A stretch of DNA of 64,000 nucleotides from Calditrichia bacterium (GCA_963796965.1 CAWCNS010000005.1:960001-1024000); one strand, 5' to 3'; counted from the stretch's first letter, positions 30,246-42,320 are shown. Translations and numbers: made by a program. Notes: generated from the sequence alone by a model not told the origin.

Positions 30246-30298
30246 AACAGACCCGATGGTTGTAAATTTCCAGCCAAAAAGTTGTAAAAAAGTTGTAG
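30246..30298 (-). promoter_or_regulatory. Phased TACAAC triple-box operator/promoter, copy 1
   Basis: Plus strand AACAGACC then GTTGTA at 30259, 30281, 30292; upstream of DUF4136 gene. Confidence 0.7.
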
Positions 30299-30348
30299 AT
30301 GAACCGGTTCGTATTCAGGGTTCAAGCTTGCATCATCCTCGTTATCTG

Positions 30349-31402
30349 CTATTTTTCCTGTAAAGCAACCATTGCATCATCCTGTGTACCGAGCATGATT
30401 GCAATCCATTTTGTTTGCGGATTATTTTCCAGAATAATTTTTATGGTCATCATCAGTGGTACAGAAAGAAACATGCCCACTGTGCTCAGGACAAATCCCC
30501 AAAAAATGAGCGATAGGAAAATTATAAAAGTGGAAAGTCCCAGACCTTTGCCCATCAATTTTGGTTCAAGGACATTACCAACCCCCATATTAATAGCAAC
30601 AAAAATGACTATTGTCCATAATGCGCCGCCAAAGCCCAACTGTACTAAGGCGAATGCGACAGCAGGAATGGCGGCTATGATTGATCCGATATTTGGTATA
30701 TAATTTAGCAGGAATGCAACCAATCCCCATAAAATGGGATAGTCCACACCGACAATGGCCAGACAGACGGCAATCAGAACACCGGTTATCAAACTGGTAA
30801 GGGTTTTTATGGATAAATAATGACGTATGCTATCGCCAATTTTTTCGAGGTAGACTTAACGAGACGCTGGTACTTTTTGAGATTACCTTCAGTTTTATTG
30901 GTATAGATTCAATTTCAGTTAATAGAAAAATAGTCAGGAAAAGAAAAGTTATTTCGCGGCTCATTATCTCACTTAGTTGCCCAAAAACCTGTGCCGTGTA
31001 TTGCATAATTTTTGCCGGATCCATGACGGACGCACCACCAAGAAGGGAAATATTTATTCCCCTTTCATTAAAAAACTGGCGAGCTGAACTTGTCAATTCC
31101 TTCAGATTTTGCTCGTACTTTGGTGCATCTTGCATAAATAGCGATATTGATTTACTGACCAATTCGAAGAATCCAACATAAACGGCGAAAATCCCAATGA
31201 TGACAATTAGAACTGCCAGACCACTGGGTATTTTCTTCTTTTTTAACCATTGGATAGGTTGGGCACAGATGATGCTCATGAAGAAAGCCATTAATAATGG
31301 ATTAATAATACTTTCCGCATACATCATTCCAGTAATAATAATAATAAATGCGGCAATCACCAGGGATGTTTGTTTCCTGTTTTCTGCGTTTGTAATATCC
31401 AT
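30349..31402 (-). CDS. AI-2E (PerM/YhhT) family transporter; frameshift near 30850
   Basis: PLLMAFFMSIICAQP, LNYIPNIGSIIA, GNVLEPKLMG..GLS, SLIFWG. Confidence 0.9.
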
Positions 31403-31511
31403 TTTATCTCTCCCTTATTAAATTTCCGGATGGTCAATGTGATTCACAGAATTGAGCAATTATGTAAATTTTGTACTACTACTTAAATATATATGGTGTA
31501 GAAATATTGCG

Positions 31512-31563
31512 ATAGCCCCAAAAGTAGTATTAAATCCATATTAAAGTTGTAATAAAGTTGTAG
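31512..31563 (-). promoter_or_regulatory. Phased TACAAC triple-box operator/promoter, copy 2
   Basis: GTAGTA at 31524, GTTGTA at 31546 and 31557; upstream of AI-2E gene. Confidence 0.6.
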
Positions 31564-31751
31564 ATGGGCCGTTCAGGGTTCAAAGTTCAGGGTTCTCCCG
31601 ATAAAGACGATCTTGTCCTAAGATCTAATCGGGATGAAATCCTCCAAGATTTCAAAGGTTCAAGGTTGGAGTGGTGGAGTGATGCGAAAACATGTAATTA
31701 GTAATTAGGAATTCGGGATTGGGAATTTGCTAAATCCTGGCCAAATCATGG

Positions 31752-31937
31752 ATGATTTGGTCCCGATTTGTTATCCGGAGGATAACGTTTCTTTCGGGAA
31801 TGATTTGGTCCCGATTTGTTATCCGGAGGATAACGTTTTTCGGGAATGATTTGGTCCCGATTTGTTATCCGGAGGATAACGTTTCTTCGGGAATGATTTG
31901 GTCCCGATTTGTTATCCGGAGGATAACGTTTTCGGGA
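31752..31937. repeat. Four tandem 45-48 bp palindromic units
   Basis: atgatttggtcccgatttgttatccggaggataacgttt(n)tcggga x4; no spacers. Confidence 0.92.
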
Positions 31938-32005
31938 AAGATTTTTTCCCAATCAGATATTAGGATATAATCGTTTTTATTGGGAGAATCCTAAACACCA
32001 ATCTT

Positions 32006-33253
32006 TTAAAAATCATAATAAAACAAAGCCGATATGCGGCTTGCCTGACCGGTTTCGCCATTTTTATTCCAGCGTTGTCCATAGGCAAATTCAAGCCCCA
32101 GACGCGCGCCTTCTGTTATAGTCCAAAAACTATCCAAAGCTAAACTTATACTGTTTCGGTAGCTATCATCGGGCTGATAATCTTTGGTGAATAATTGGGC
32201 ATAACCAAATGACAGGTTTATAGAAACATTTTGTATCCAGTCTAACCCATAGGACAAAAAACCACCAAAGGAGTATAGACTTTCAAATTCCTGCGATTCA
32301 GGATTAAAAACAGCATCATTGCCGGTGCCGCTAAAGGTGGAAAAAAAGTGGGATATGGATTTGCCGTAGGCAATCTGATAAAGCAACTCATGTTTACCGG
32401 GTATGTTTACCGTTCCTGAAAGCGAAGCACCAAGTCCGAAGGTATTGGAAATATTATAATTTACATCTCTTTTTGAGATTGTATTAAATACAGCTGATAA
32501 TTGTACGATCCCCAACACACCCTCCCATACGAAGCGACCGGTTACATCAGGTATCACCTGAACTGTAGATACACCTGACGTATCAAAATCCTGAATGCTC
32601 AAATCCGGTGTTGAATATTCAAGGGCTGCCGCCCAACGAATCCCCTTTTTACTCGTTCCACTATACCTGATTTGCGGCGTACGCAGAGAGATACTACCGG
32701 TAAGACCATCACCATCAACCATAGCAGGTAAAGATGACACGTTGCTAAAAAGCGACCAGGTTTGTCCAACCAGGAACTGATCCACCTGGCCGTAAGCATG
32801 ACGAATTCTATATTGCCCGGAACCTCCGTTAAAATCAGATTCAAGCCTGATAAAGACCTCAGTTGTTTCCAATTTACGCGTAATTTCAAATCCAATTCGC
32901 GACTGATTCACGCTATTGCTGAAATTGAGAATATTTACATTATCTTCACCCGTAGGAATATAATAGGTATTAAATGATTTTTTTACGGGCAAATTAACCA
33001 TGTCATAGAGTACTGAATATCTGACGGAGCCAAGAATCCTTAATTGCATTTTTCCATCGGATGTGACAATGTATAAACCTCTGTCTTTGCCAATGTCCAG
33101 CGGGCTGAGTTCACGCTTTACAAGCGTATCCGCCTTGAATTGTTCTGACGGCCCAGTAGAGGATATCATCGTCTTTGATGTATCCGGATCCTGCGCAAAG
33201 ACTAAACCAGCGATTAAAGTTAAGAGAATTGTAATAATTAATGTTTTTTTCAT
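32006..33253 (-). CDS. DcaP-family outer membrane porin
   Basis: NQSRIGF, ESDF..RIRHAY..LVGQTWSLF, RTPQIRY, ALE, terminal YYDF; signal peptide from 33253 with AGGAG RBS. Confidence 0.82.
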   Translation of the reverse strand: MKKTLIITILLTLIAGLVFAQDPDTSKTMISSTGPSEQFKADTLVKRELSPLDIGKDRGLYIVTSDGKMQLRILGSVRYSVLYDMVNLPVKKSFNTYYIPTGEDNVNILNFSNSVNQSRIGFEITRKLETTEVFIRLESDFNGGSGQYRIRHAYGQVDQFLVGQTWSLFSNVSSLPAMVDGDGLTGSISLRTPQIRYSGTSKKGIRWAAALEYSTPDLSIQDFDTSGVSTVQVIPDVTGRFVWEGVLGIVQLSAVFNTISKRDVNYNISNTFGLGASLSGTVNIPGKHELLYQIAYGKSISHFFSTFSGTGNDAVFNPESQEFESLYSFGGFLSYGLDWIQNVSINLSFGYAQLFTKDYQPDDSYRNSISLALDSFWTITEGARLGLEFAYGQRWNKNGETGQASRISALFYYDF

Positions 33254-33458
33254 CCCCACTCTCCTGTTATCGGCTACAGAATGATCAGACCGTGACAGAT
33301 GAGATCCTGAGACAAGCTCAGGATGACCCAATCGTCATCCCGAACTTGGTTCGGGATCTAAAATGTGCATTCCCGGGAATAACCCGGGAGCGAGAATTCA
33401 ATAATTTTGAATCATATATTTGAGCACTATATCAGAATACGATATAAATAAGAATTTC

Positions 33459-33511
33459 AACAGACCAGAAGGTTGTATTTTTTTCTAAAAAGAGTTGTAA
33501 AAAAGTTGTAG
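33459..33511 (-). promoter_or_regulatory. Phased TACAAC triple-box operator/promoter, copy 3
   Basis: AACAGACC then GTTGTA at 33472, 33494, 33505; upstream of porin gene. Confidence 0.7.
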
Positions 33512-33844
33512 GAAATCCGTTCAGGGTTAAAAGTTAAGGGCGACTTATGGGTTCAATCCCGAACAGTGATTCGGGATCTATCTGGAGTAATGGAGTATTG
33601 GCGTGATGGAGTTATATGATTGTAGTTATTGTTCTGATTTAAGAAGGTATCCAGGTCTTACAGCATACTAGATGAAACTGTGATATTAATTTTTCCACAA
33701 TGTGAGATGTAAAGAAAGTGTTTAGAAAAATTCATTGGATGAAATATGTCTGTAGACATAAACATTACCGTGAATATTTAATATTCAATTTTAATATTTC
33801 ACGGTTAATACAATTCATTAATCCTAAAATATCAATATTTATGA

Positions 33845-35005
33845 TTATTTCCCCCTAAATAGATGAGCGATTGGAACAATTTTTACATCGTTGATTGAAA
33901 AATACTCATCCCCTGGGTAAAAAAGGTACATTCTTACCTTCTTTTTCATACTTTTTGAAAATTCATATAGATTTCTGACATCTCTATTCGATGGTCGCCG
34001 GGTATTCTTTATCTCAATTGCATAGATATCACCACCACTCTCATATATCAGGTCTATTTCTCTGCCAGCGGCACTTTTATAGTAATAAAATCGATCACAG
34101 TTTATAAATCCAATTTTTCTTCTTTTTTCAAATTCAGATATCACAAAATTTTCTAATAGTTGACCCTCATTCAGCGGAATATTTAGACTTGTAAGTATAC
34201 CATTGTCTGAAAAATATGTTTTCGCGGCCTTAATAAATCTTTTCGCGGGTCCAAATTGATACCCATATAAACGAAATGTAAGCTCCGAATAGTGCATATT
34301 GTTCAAATATTTTTTAGTCGTTGGATAGCTCAGACCGGCTTCTCGTGCGAAGTTAGAAACTTCCAGGTGAGACCCGATACTTCTTGCCAAATGATGAAAT
34401 ATGGCTAAAAGGCCTTCCATATTCTCCATGTTAGATATCTGCATTAAGTCTCTGGTAAAATATGTATCCCGGTAATTCCGCAGCAATTCCACTTTATCTT
34501 CCGGTCTTTTTTGCGTTATTACTTCAGGGAACAATCCATATTTAAGAACATCTGGAAGCAACCGTTGTCCTTGTTTTAATAGAACCTGGTTTGTATTTAA
34601 TTCAAATACTTTATTTGAGGGAGTCCCCATATTTTCTCCCCAGCAAGCCGTTGGGAGTGAATATATCTGAATTCTGCCGGCCAGGGTATCCGTCATGGTC
34701 CCAAGCAGTCCAATTGAACTTGAACCTGTCATGAGTACATGGGCATTTTGGTTATCTATCGCATATTTTACAGCAATTGTCAGCGCCGGCTTGCGCTGAA
34801 TTTCATCTATGATTGTTTGCGGACCAAGATGATCGATTAGTCCTTTTGGATCCCTACTTGCCCAGTCCAAATAATCAAGATTATCCAGAGTAATATAATT
34901 ATAGTTCGGAAATCGCATTTTTAAGAGTGTTGTCTTGCCACTTCTCCGTGGGCCAATAATGAGACCACTCTTTTTCTTGTTTATTTCAATCCAACGTTCA
35001 AACAT
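33845..35005 (-). CDS. AAA_14 ATPase with DUF4143 and C-terminal PD-(D/E)xK-like motif
   Basis: GPRRSGKTT, IDEIQ, TGSS, LAGR, KTYFSDNG, ENFV, REIDLI..AIEIK. Confidence 0.9.
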   Translation of the reverse strand: MFERWIEINKKKSGLIIGPRRSGKTTLLKMRFPNYNYITLDNLDYLDWASRDPKGLIDHLGPQTIIDEIQRKPALTIAVKYAIDNQNAHVLMTGSSSIGLLGTMTDTLAGRIQIYSLPTACWGENMGTPSNKVFELNTNQVLLKQGQRLLPDVLKYGLFPEVITQKRPEDKVELLRNYRDTYFTRDLMQISNMENMEGLLAIFHHLARSIGSHLEVSNFAREAGLSYPTTKKYLNNMHYSELTFRLYGYQFGPAKRFIKAAKTYFSDNGILTSLNIPLNEGQLLENFVISEFEKRRKIGFINCDRFYYYKSAAGREIDLIYESGGDIYAIEIKNTRRPSNRDVRNLYEFSKSMKKKVRMYLFYPGDEYFSINDVKIVPIAHLFRGK

Positions 35006-35058
35006 AGTTTAAATATAACATGGATATTTTTAAAGTCAAGTATTAATATATCCATGCT
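35006..35058 (-). promoter_or_regulatory. Sigma70 promoter, probably leaderless, overlapped by an inverted-repeat operator
   Basis: TTGACT (35039-35034), 16 nt, TGn-TATATT (35017-35012), 6 nt, ATG; catggatat..atatccatg repeat. Confidence 0.6.
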
Positions 35059-35309
35059 ATTTATAATATTAGAATTAACTCCTGAATAGTTAATACATTT
35101 AATGACAACATCTAAAGTATAGATCACCGGATTGTAAGGTTTTGATGAGAAAAGAATAAATTGAATGATGGAGCATGTTATAACCATCAACCTTGAACCT
35201 TTGAAATCTTGGCTAAATCTTGGATGATTTAGCAAATTACCAATTACAAATTACTAATTACGATTTTGCCTCAATACTCCACCACTCCAATACTCCAACT
35301 TTGAACCTT

Positions 35310-35431
35310 AAAAAAAATCGGCTCCGGTATTGGTGATCATCAGCGACCGGAGGTCCATGGTTTTCTGCCCGGAAGGAAGTCCTCCCACCTCCCCTTCCCG
35401 CACAGGTGGGATGCAAAATGACAGGAGCCGT
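35310..35431 (-). ncRNA. Candidate structured small RNA or complex terminator, copy 1
   Basis: Closing stem cggcucc/ggagccg plus U run, CUUCCUUCC segment, GAUGAUCACC loop shared with 42821-42946. Confidence 0.35.
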
Positions 35432-35571
35432 ATAACGGGGTTGTGGTAGTTCTGCCAGCCCCGGAGGGGCGACATATTTATAGCAAGCGGTCACTCCTAA
35501 ATTTACACCAGCTCCAGAGGAGCGTAATATCAAAATGATTTCGCCTCGTTAATCACAGATTAATCATAAAT

Positions 35572-35601
35572 AAAAAGGCGGGCACAGAGCACCCGCCTTT
35601 T
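35572..35601. terminator. Bidirectional intrinsic terminator
   Basis: aaaaaggcggg-cacagagca-cccgccttttt. Confidence 0.8.
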
Positions 35602-35669
35602 ATAACAATTTCCTTTAATCTATTGAAGCATTTTACACATTTTGCAAATTATGATCACTGGCATTTCAT

Positions 35670-37156
35670 TTATTTTGCTTTTTGAATGTCTGGTAAAATC
35701 CATGTTTTATCTAAAAATGGCTTAGCGGGTGAGTAAAAGCGGAAATATGGGAACCAACCTTTTCCGGCTACCGTTTCAATCCAATTCTTAGCCTTGTCTC
35801 CTTCAGGTTTTGTAGGACCCAAATAAAGTGTCACTGAGCCGTCAGAATTTTCCAGTAAATCCATTCGTGAAGAGCGGTCAGCTTGCTTCGTATTATTTAC
35901 GGTAATACATCGTGTATCAACATCATATATGGTCATCGACCAAAATGCTTTGGCGGGTGCATTGGCGGGTACATTTAACACATAATCAACGCCGGTGTCT
36001 AACCAGTCGCCATCGCCATCCTGATAGGCAGCCATATACACCTGTCCTACACCGGTTTCTTGTCCATGCATCATCGGGTCGTTGGTAACAGCTTCATAAA
36101 ACCAGGCTGCCCGTTCATCTAAATCGTCATGATTTTCATGGCGTTGAGAAGGCGAACAAACTGAGGCATACTCCCAATTTGACCCTTCAACGTAGTGGGA
36201 ATTTAGAAAGCGAGGATTGAAAAAATCGAGTGCTTTGGTCATTGCTTCGCCAACCAGTACCCCTTGTTTAAGAATTTCGGTTAAGCGTTCGTCCGGATTG
36301 AAGGGTTTACCCTTTTCAATACCAATTGATTTGAGCATGGCCATGTAAAAACGGTCGCGCTCAGCAACCGGTTCTCTATTGATGATTTCATGCAATCTTT
36401 TCCAATATTCCATTCCTCTGGGCTGCCATTGCGACCAGCTTTTACCATCTGGTGTAATGTATCCTCGTGGTCGAGGGGCATCTTTTTCTGAATAGGGATA
36501 GATTTTAATCTCCTTCAGAGCTGCCATGCGCACTTCACGGTCTTTCGACATTAATCTAATGCCCGCCATAAAATTCATAGTCGTCATTTGAATGACATTA
36601 AAGCCTGCTTTTTCTGCACCCCCGGGTACTTCCTGGCCCGGCCCGACAAACAAGTATTTCCCCGGCTTGGTCATCTGAGCAACACCAATTTGCCAAAAAT
36701 CGTTGGCAGCTCCACGGACTTCTGCTTCGGGCATTTCAATAACCCATGGGCCTTCATTTAAGTCGATAAATGGAACAGCATATGGTGTAGTGGTATTAAA
36801 AGTCAATCCACCCAATTTGTCTTCATAACTTTCCATAAAAACAATTTGTCCATTTTCTGCGCCCAACATTTCATTGTGGGCATATTGCCATTGCGCGAAA
36901 GATACAATAGGTGTCGCCCAAATATAGACCTGACAGGCGCGTTGAAAATCAAGTTCATCGAACAATTTTTGCTGGGTTTCATTGCTTGGATAGCCTTTTG
37001 TAAACTCATGGGTGAAGTTGAGCGTACCTATTTGCGTCTCGACGCTCGATCCTGGTTTGTTTGCAGTTGTTCCGTTTCTGATCGTTCACCACAACCGGTA
37101 ATTGCAGTGATAATAACCACGATCAAAACAATTTTGAATAAATCTTTCATTTTCAT
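35670..37156 (-). CDS. DUF1254/DUF1214 lipoprotein (paralog 1); 5' frameshifts
   Basis: DELDFQRACQVYIW, TFNTTTPY, GIEKGKPFNPD, FWSMTIYD, WFPYFRFYSP; ITGC lipobox upstream. Confidence 0.88.
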
Positions 37157-37235
37157 TTTTCGTTCTCTCTTTCTTATAGGTAATTTAAATACGTTGTAGT
37201 CCATCTTAAAGAGGGACTACAACATTGATGGATCA

Positions 37236-38792
37236 CTATTTCACCAAATTTAGTTCACTGGGTCTCCATGTTTGGTCTATCCAAGGTTGCAGTGGACCAT
37301 ATAAACGGAAGATTATAAACCAGCTCTTACCTGGTATGGTTTGAATCCAGTTGTTTTCCCATCCTTTCGGCGCTTCCGAAGCGAAGTAGATGTCGATGGA
37401 TCCGTCTTTATTTTTCTTAGGGCCTTTGCCATAGCCGTCAATGCTGGCAAACTGCTGGTCGGTCTGTAGCATGGAACGGGTTTGTGTGTCATAAATAGTA
37501 ACTGACCAGTTATCTTTTACCGGAACATTTGGAGGCAAATGTAATCTGTAAGTTTTTGAACCATCCAAAGGATTGTGATCGCCATCCATATCGGCAATAC
37601 CATAATCAGAACCCAAACCTGTTTGGTAACTGCCATAGAAGGCGTTACACAAATGGCATTGTAATGCAACCATAAACGGGAATCGTAACGACGTGCTCCA
37701 TCCTTGTTAAAATAAGTGTCCTTATCGGCATAGCCCATCACCCATTCGCTGTCGGTGTCTTTGTAAATGTAAGCCCCCGGGTCACGAGGCCAAGTTGTGT
37801 TCGCACGTGAATATGCATTCCCAAGTTTTACGGCCTCGGTAAGAATACGACGCATACGTTGATCGGGGTTAAACACTTTCCCTTTTACAATACCTATGGA
37901 AGCAATTAAACCACGCGTTTCAACATCAATAAAGTCAAGTGGTTCTTCTTGAATAATTTGGTCTAAAATCTTCATAAAAACTGAAATCATTTGGAGGAAG
38001 AGTGTTATATCCTTCTACACCTGACATGTTTCTGAAATCCATTTTTGGTGGATTGTCTTTCATCGCCAAAGGATACACCTTTAGATTATTCTTAATATTT
38101 TCAAAAGTACCTTTTACACTTGTTCTTACATAACCTCGCATAAAATTCCATACGGTATAGGTTTTTGAATGATATACATGATAACCTTCAGGAATATCTC
38201 CATCATACCCAGGAGGTAGCAAAAGGTATTTTCCGCCTTTTCCTTTATCAGGTCCGGCCATACCTATATCACCAACCCAACGCATATACATATCATCCCA
38301 CATGCCCAGTACGTCGGCCGGCACCTCGATCACAGTCGGGCCGTCCTTCTTCAGGTCGAAGAAGCCAAGCGTATAAAGCGCAGTGCCATTAGGCGTTAAC
38401 CAACGGGTTTTTGAGTCCATTAATTCTTCCCATATGAGAATTTGATTCGATGTTTCTGCTCCAAATTCGTGTTGCGCCCTACGTAAGTTAAACATCGAAA
38501 CAGCTGGAATCATATTCACATAAACCTGCACTGCACGGGCCTGATCCATATAATCGAATATTTTCTCTTTGGTATCACCAATGGGTACACCATCAAAAAA
38601 CTCTAGCGTTCCTATGGTCGTTTCAACCTTATCAGGCGTTGTTACTTGATTTGGTGTGGAAGTGGTCATTTTATAATCTTTCAACTGAGCCACAGCAGGT
38701 GAAACCATACTGATGGCAAGAGCTGCCACTAATACTGAATTGATAAATGTTTTTCTTTTCATTACTCTTCCTTTAATCGCTTTAGTATTCAT
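37236..38792 (-). CDS. DUF1254/DUF1214 exported protein (paralog 2); frameshifts near 37960 and 37620
   Basis: GPDKGKGGKYLLLPPGY, GIVKGKVFNPD, LPPNVPVKDNWSVTIYD, RLYGPL. Confidence 0.88.
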
Positions 38793-39027
38793 TTTTTATT
38801 CTCCTGATTTTTTAATTTATTGCGTTATTATTGGAATAAAAGGTATATCTTCTTCTCTTTTTCTCAGACCTCCTTTCTGAAATCAAAATTTTTGTTATTT
38901 AGAATTTCTCCTCCATAATCTTCCCTCCCTTTCAACTTTTGAATTCCTATTGATTAAATTATCATTCATTATTATTAGATGACTGCGTTCCCCGCTTGTA
39001 CCTGCGAACGTAGATTATTTTTATGAT

Positions 39028-39280
39028 CTACAACATTTCTACACTTATCACGGTCAGATAGGAAAGTCTGTTACAAGGCATACAGAATACCGGCCAATGC
39101 CGCCTGGTCACTGACCTTGCCTTTGAGTACTGAAACCGGTTTTTCTCCTTCCACTTGCAGTATGGTAATTTCCATTCCCCTTAAACAATCAGCCCAATCC
39201 GGGGATAGATCGCCCAGAACCTTAATACGGTAGAATGCCGGGGTGCTAAAGCCGATTTTTTTGTCTATTGTTTGATTCAT
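39028..39280 (-). CDS. Small conserved hypothetical protein next to MalT-like regulator; 3' frameshift
   Basis: YRIKVLGDLSPDWAD..LKGKVSDQAALAGIL, continuing LTVISVEML in another frame. Confidence 0.7.
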
Positions 39281-39578
39281 TTTAAAAAACTCATTTTTCA
39301 GAGAAGATGAGAGTTAATACAACTTAATTTGATAGTATCCTCAAATATTTTAATGAGACCCTGTTATTATGCCGAACCTGGTTCGGGATTTGTCCTGAGA
39401 AGCCATAAATAATTTGATATTAATTTAGGCTAAAGAAATTGGTATGATCAATAAACGAAAGTTGATTATGGTTGATTATGAGGTGGGATTTAGCATGAAG
39501 GCATGAAACGGGTTCAGGGTGTTATCCCAGACTTATTTCCGGATCTGTTTTGCAGGGGCGGTTTATGAACCGCTCTAA

Positions 39579-42320
39579 TTATAAAGTATTTGTAAAACCA
39601 AATTTTCTGGCAGCATTAAGCAAGCCAATGCGATTCGTCACATTCATTTTTTGGCAAATATTATGAATATGCCTTTTTATGGTACCTTCGGCGACAAATA
39701 GTTTATCGGCAATTTCTTTGTTTCTTAATCCGGAAGACATCAGCCCGATGATTTCCCTTTCACGTAATGAAATTTTCTCACCAACCTTTACCATGTCGGC
39801 GTCCTGAGCGGATTTGTGTATCTCCTCCTTCTGTACCAATAAGTCTTCATTGGTTATCATAGTGCATGTTTTTGAATTTTTTACGCACCCTCTCTAGAAA
39901 AGATGATCGGGATTCGCTCTCAGGTAAATGATTTAACAGATCAGCCATTTCAGGCCCGGCTTCAATAAATGGACGAATCCAGTTGCCTGACCCGGCTAAA
40001 AAGACCACCTCATTCATGATTTTTAGCGCCTCTTTCATGTCTCCCTGTTTTTTAAGCAGCAGCGCTTGCAGGACCAGGCCTTCGATGGTTTGATTAACGA
40101 ACCGGCATTTTTTACTCATCGACAGAAATTCATTTAACAGGGAGGCCGCTTTGCTTAAACTCTCAGGTATGCCATGCGCTATTAATACTCTTACTTGTGT
40201 GATGATCGGAATTTCCAGCCAGGCAAACATTTCTGAAGGCGCTGGTGCTTCGCTAACCGTCTTCTCCCATTTCAAAGCCTATGTCACATCTCCACGCAGC
40301 AGGGCCAGGCGTGCACGGCAGGATGCACCGATTATTTCAAACTGAGGCTCATTCAGATCAGTGATATAAAACTATCTAAAAAGTCCAATGACTTATCCGC
40401 ATCTGCTGTTTTCTGCATCAATTGCTCTGTAATCACCTGTCCGGCCAATCCATCGATCGCCGTTCGTTTATGCATGATGTATCGTTTTTGAGCGGCCATT
40501 GAAAATCTATGGAAGGCCTCCTCCAGTCCATATTCATGGAAGTAGGAGCCGGCTTCCAGGCAGATCCCCATGGCATTGGTATACCTAAGATCGTGTCTTT
40601 GGCGCAAGATCCTGCAGAATACCTGGCATTCCTTTCGAAAAAGCATCAAGTCTCCGGAAAACAGGTGGATGTACAGGAAGCCACCAACCAACCGGGAATG
40701 ATACAATCCACTTCCTTTGCCCTCAACCTGTAATTTGGTCAGCTCGTTCAGGGCCAGTTCTTTTTGCCCCGTCATATAACGCGCCCAGCTGAAGCGCAGA
40801 GTCAATAAATCCACCTATAAGTTTACGATGATCCGGTAGAAGTGCCCGCGCTTTCTACAAATTATTCTGGCTTTTCTCTCCTTCACCACCCCAATAATCA
40901 AGCACCCCGTGAAACAGATACATTTCTCCCGCTAAAGCCTGATCTTCTTCCTGTTTATCTATAATTAATTTCACCTGTTCTAAAATGGCAGGGATTCTAT
41001 CCAGTTCAAAATGCTCTCATATTCAATCCAGGCCTGGGAGAGTAAAAGGTGGGGACGTTGTTGACGTAGTTCTTCCGGAAGCATCTCCAGCCATAGTTGC
41101 ACCACATACCATCTGTCATCATTCAGTGAACCATCCATACGATGACGTTCCACGATATTGCATGCTTCTACCGCATTGCCACTTGCCAGCATATGCCGGA
41201 TAGCCTCTTTAATTAAATTTAACTGTTCAAAACAATTGCTGGCATGAGCATGTATGCGGGATATCTCAATATCCGTTTTCTGCTCTTTTAGTTTTGCTTG
41301 TAATAATTCCTAAAATAAATGATGATAGCGAAACCACTTTCGCTCATCATCAAGTTCAACGATAAAAAGGTTCGATTTGAGCAACCATTCTACGAATTCA
41401 GCACCTGTAAACGACTGCTTTATATCCTTTTCGCCCAAATCAATTGCATCAATCAGTTCCGCAGAAAATCGATCCAATATGGCGGTTTTCAATAATAAAT
41501 CCTGTATCCGCTCAGATTGTTGTGAAAAAACTTCCTCAATGAGGTAGCGTGATAAGGAATAACTATCCCCTTGCAGATTAGCAATGATCTACCTGCATCC
41601 TCTATTTCCCTTATCGCTAATAATACAATTCTGAGACCAACGATCCAGCCTTCGGTTTTGTTATAAAGTGCTGCAACTGTTTCTTTTTTTAACGTGCGAT
41701 GATGTAATTTCAGAAATAATTCTGCAATTTCCGCGTCATTAAAAGCCAATTCATTCATCCGCAATTCCGTCATTCGCCCGTTTGCGGATAACACATTAAG
41801 TTTCAGGGGAGCATCAATTCTGGAGAGAATGGAGAGATGAAGGTTTCCGGCGGAAAGTGACAGAGTTCATTGACCAGATAGTGAATTTTATCGTTTTGTA
41901 TGTGTTGATAGTCATCAAGCACAAGAATAAAATCCTCATTAATCCGGTCCAAATCATTGATCACAGAATAGGTAATCACCTTTATTGGTGGTAATTTAAC
42001 GGATTGAAACAGATTTCGTGTTTCTTTAAAAGCACCGGGAAACAATTTTTCAAACAGGCTGCCTGCAGGTAGAGGAAAAAAATTCGCAGATTATTATGTT
42101 CCTCATCGAGTGATAACCAGGTGTGAGGAAACTCACACTCTTCCAGCCATCGACTAACCAGAATACTTTTTCCATATCCTGCCGGGGCACAAACAAGGCT
42201 GACCGGTTTGTCGCGACCCTTTTGAAGCAACTCTAATAAATGAGGACGGGCAATCAAATCTTCACCAATCGCCGGACGATGCAGTTTGGTTCTTAATATT
42301 ATATTGTCATTTCTGTGCAT
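39579..42320 (-). CDS. MalT-like LuxR-family STAND regulator, broken into many frames
   Basis: LRTKLHRP, APAGYGKS, WLSLDE, LVLDDYQHI, TEGW, WFRYHHLF, IRPFIEAG, SLREREII..GLRNKEIADKLFVAEGTIKRHIHNI. Confidence 0.9.

Noticed and set aside
31752..31937. CRISPR array
   Set aside because: Units are contiguous with no unique spacers and no cas genes are present
31746..31970. ORFs of 68 and 72 aa
   Set aside because: Translations of the tandem repeat
39461..39480. GTTGATTATG direct repeat as a fifth operator copy
   Set aside because: Different core, 10-bp spacing and no AACAGACC; possibly another regulator's site but unsupported
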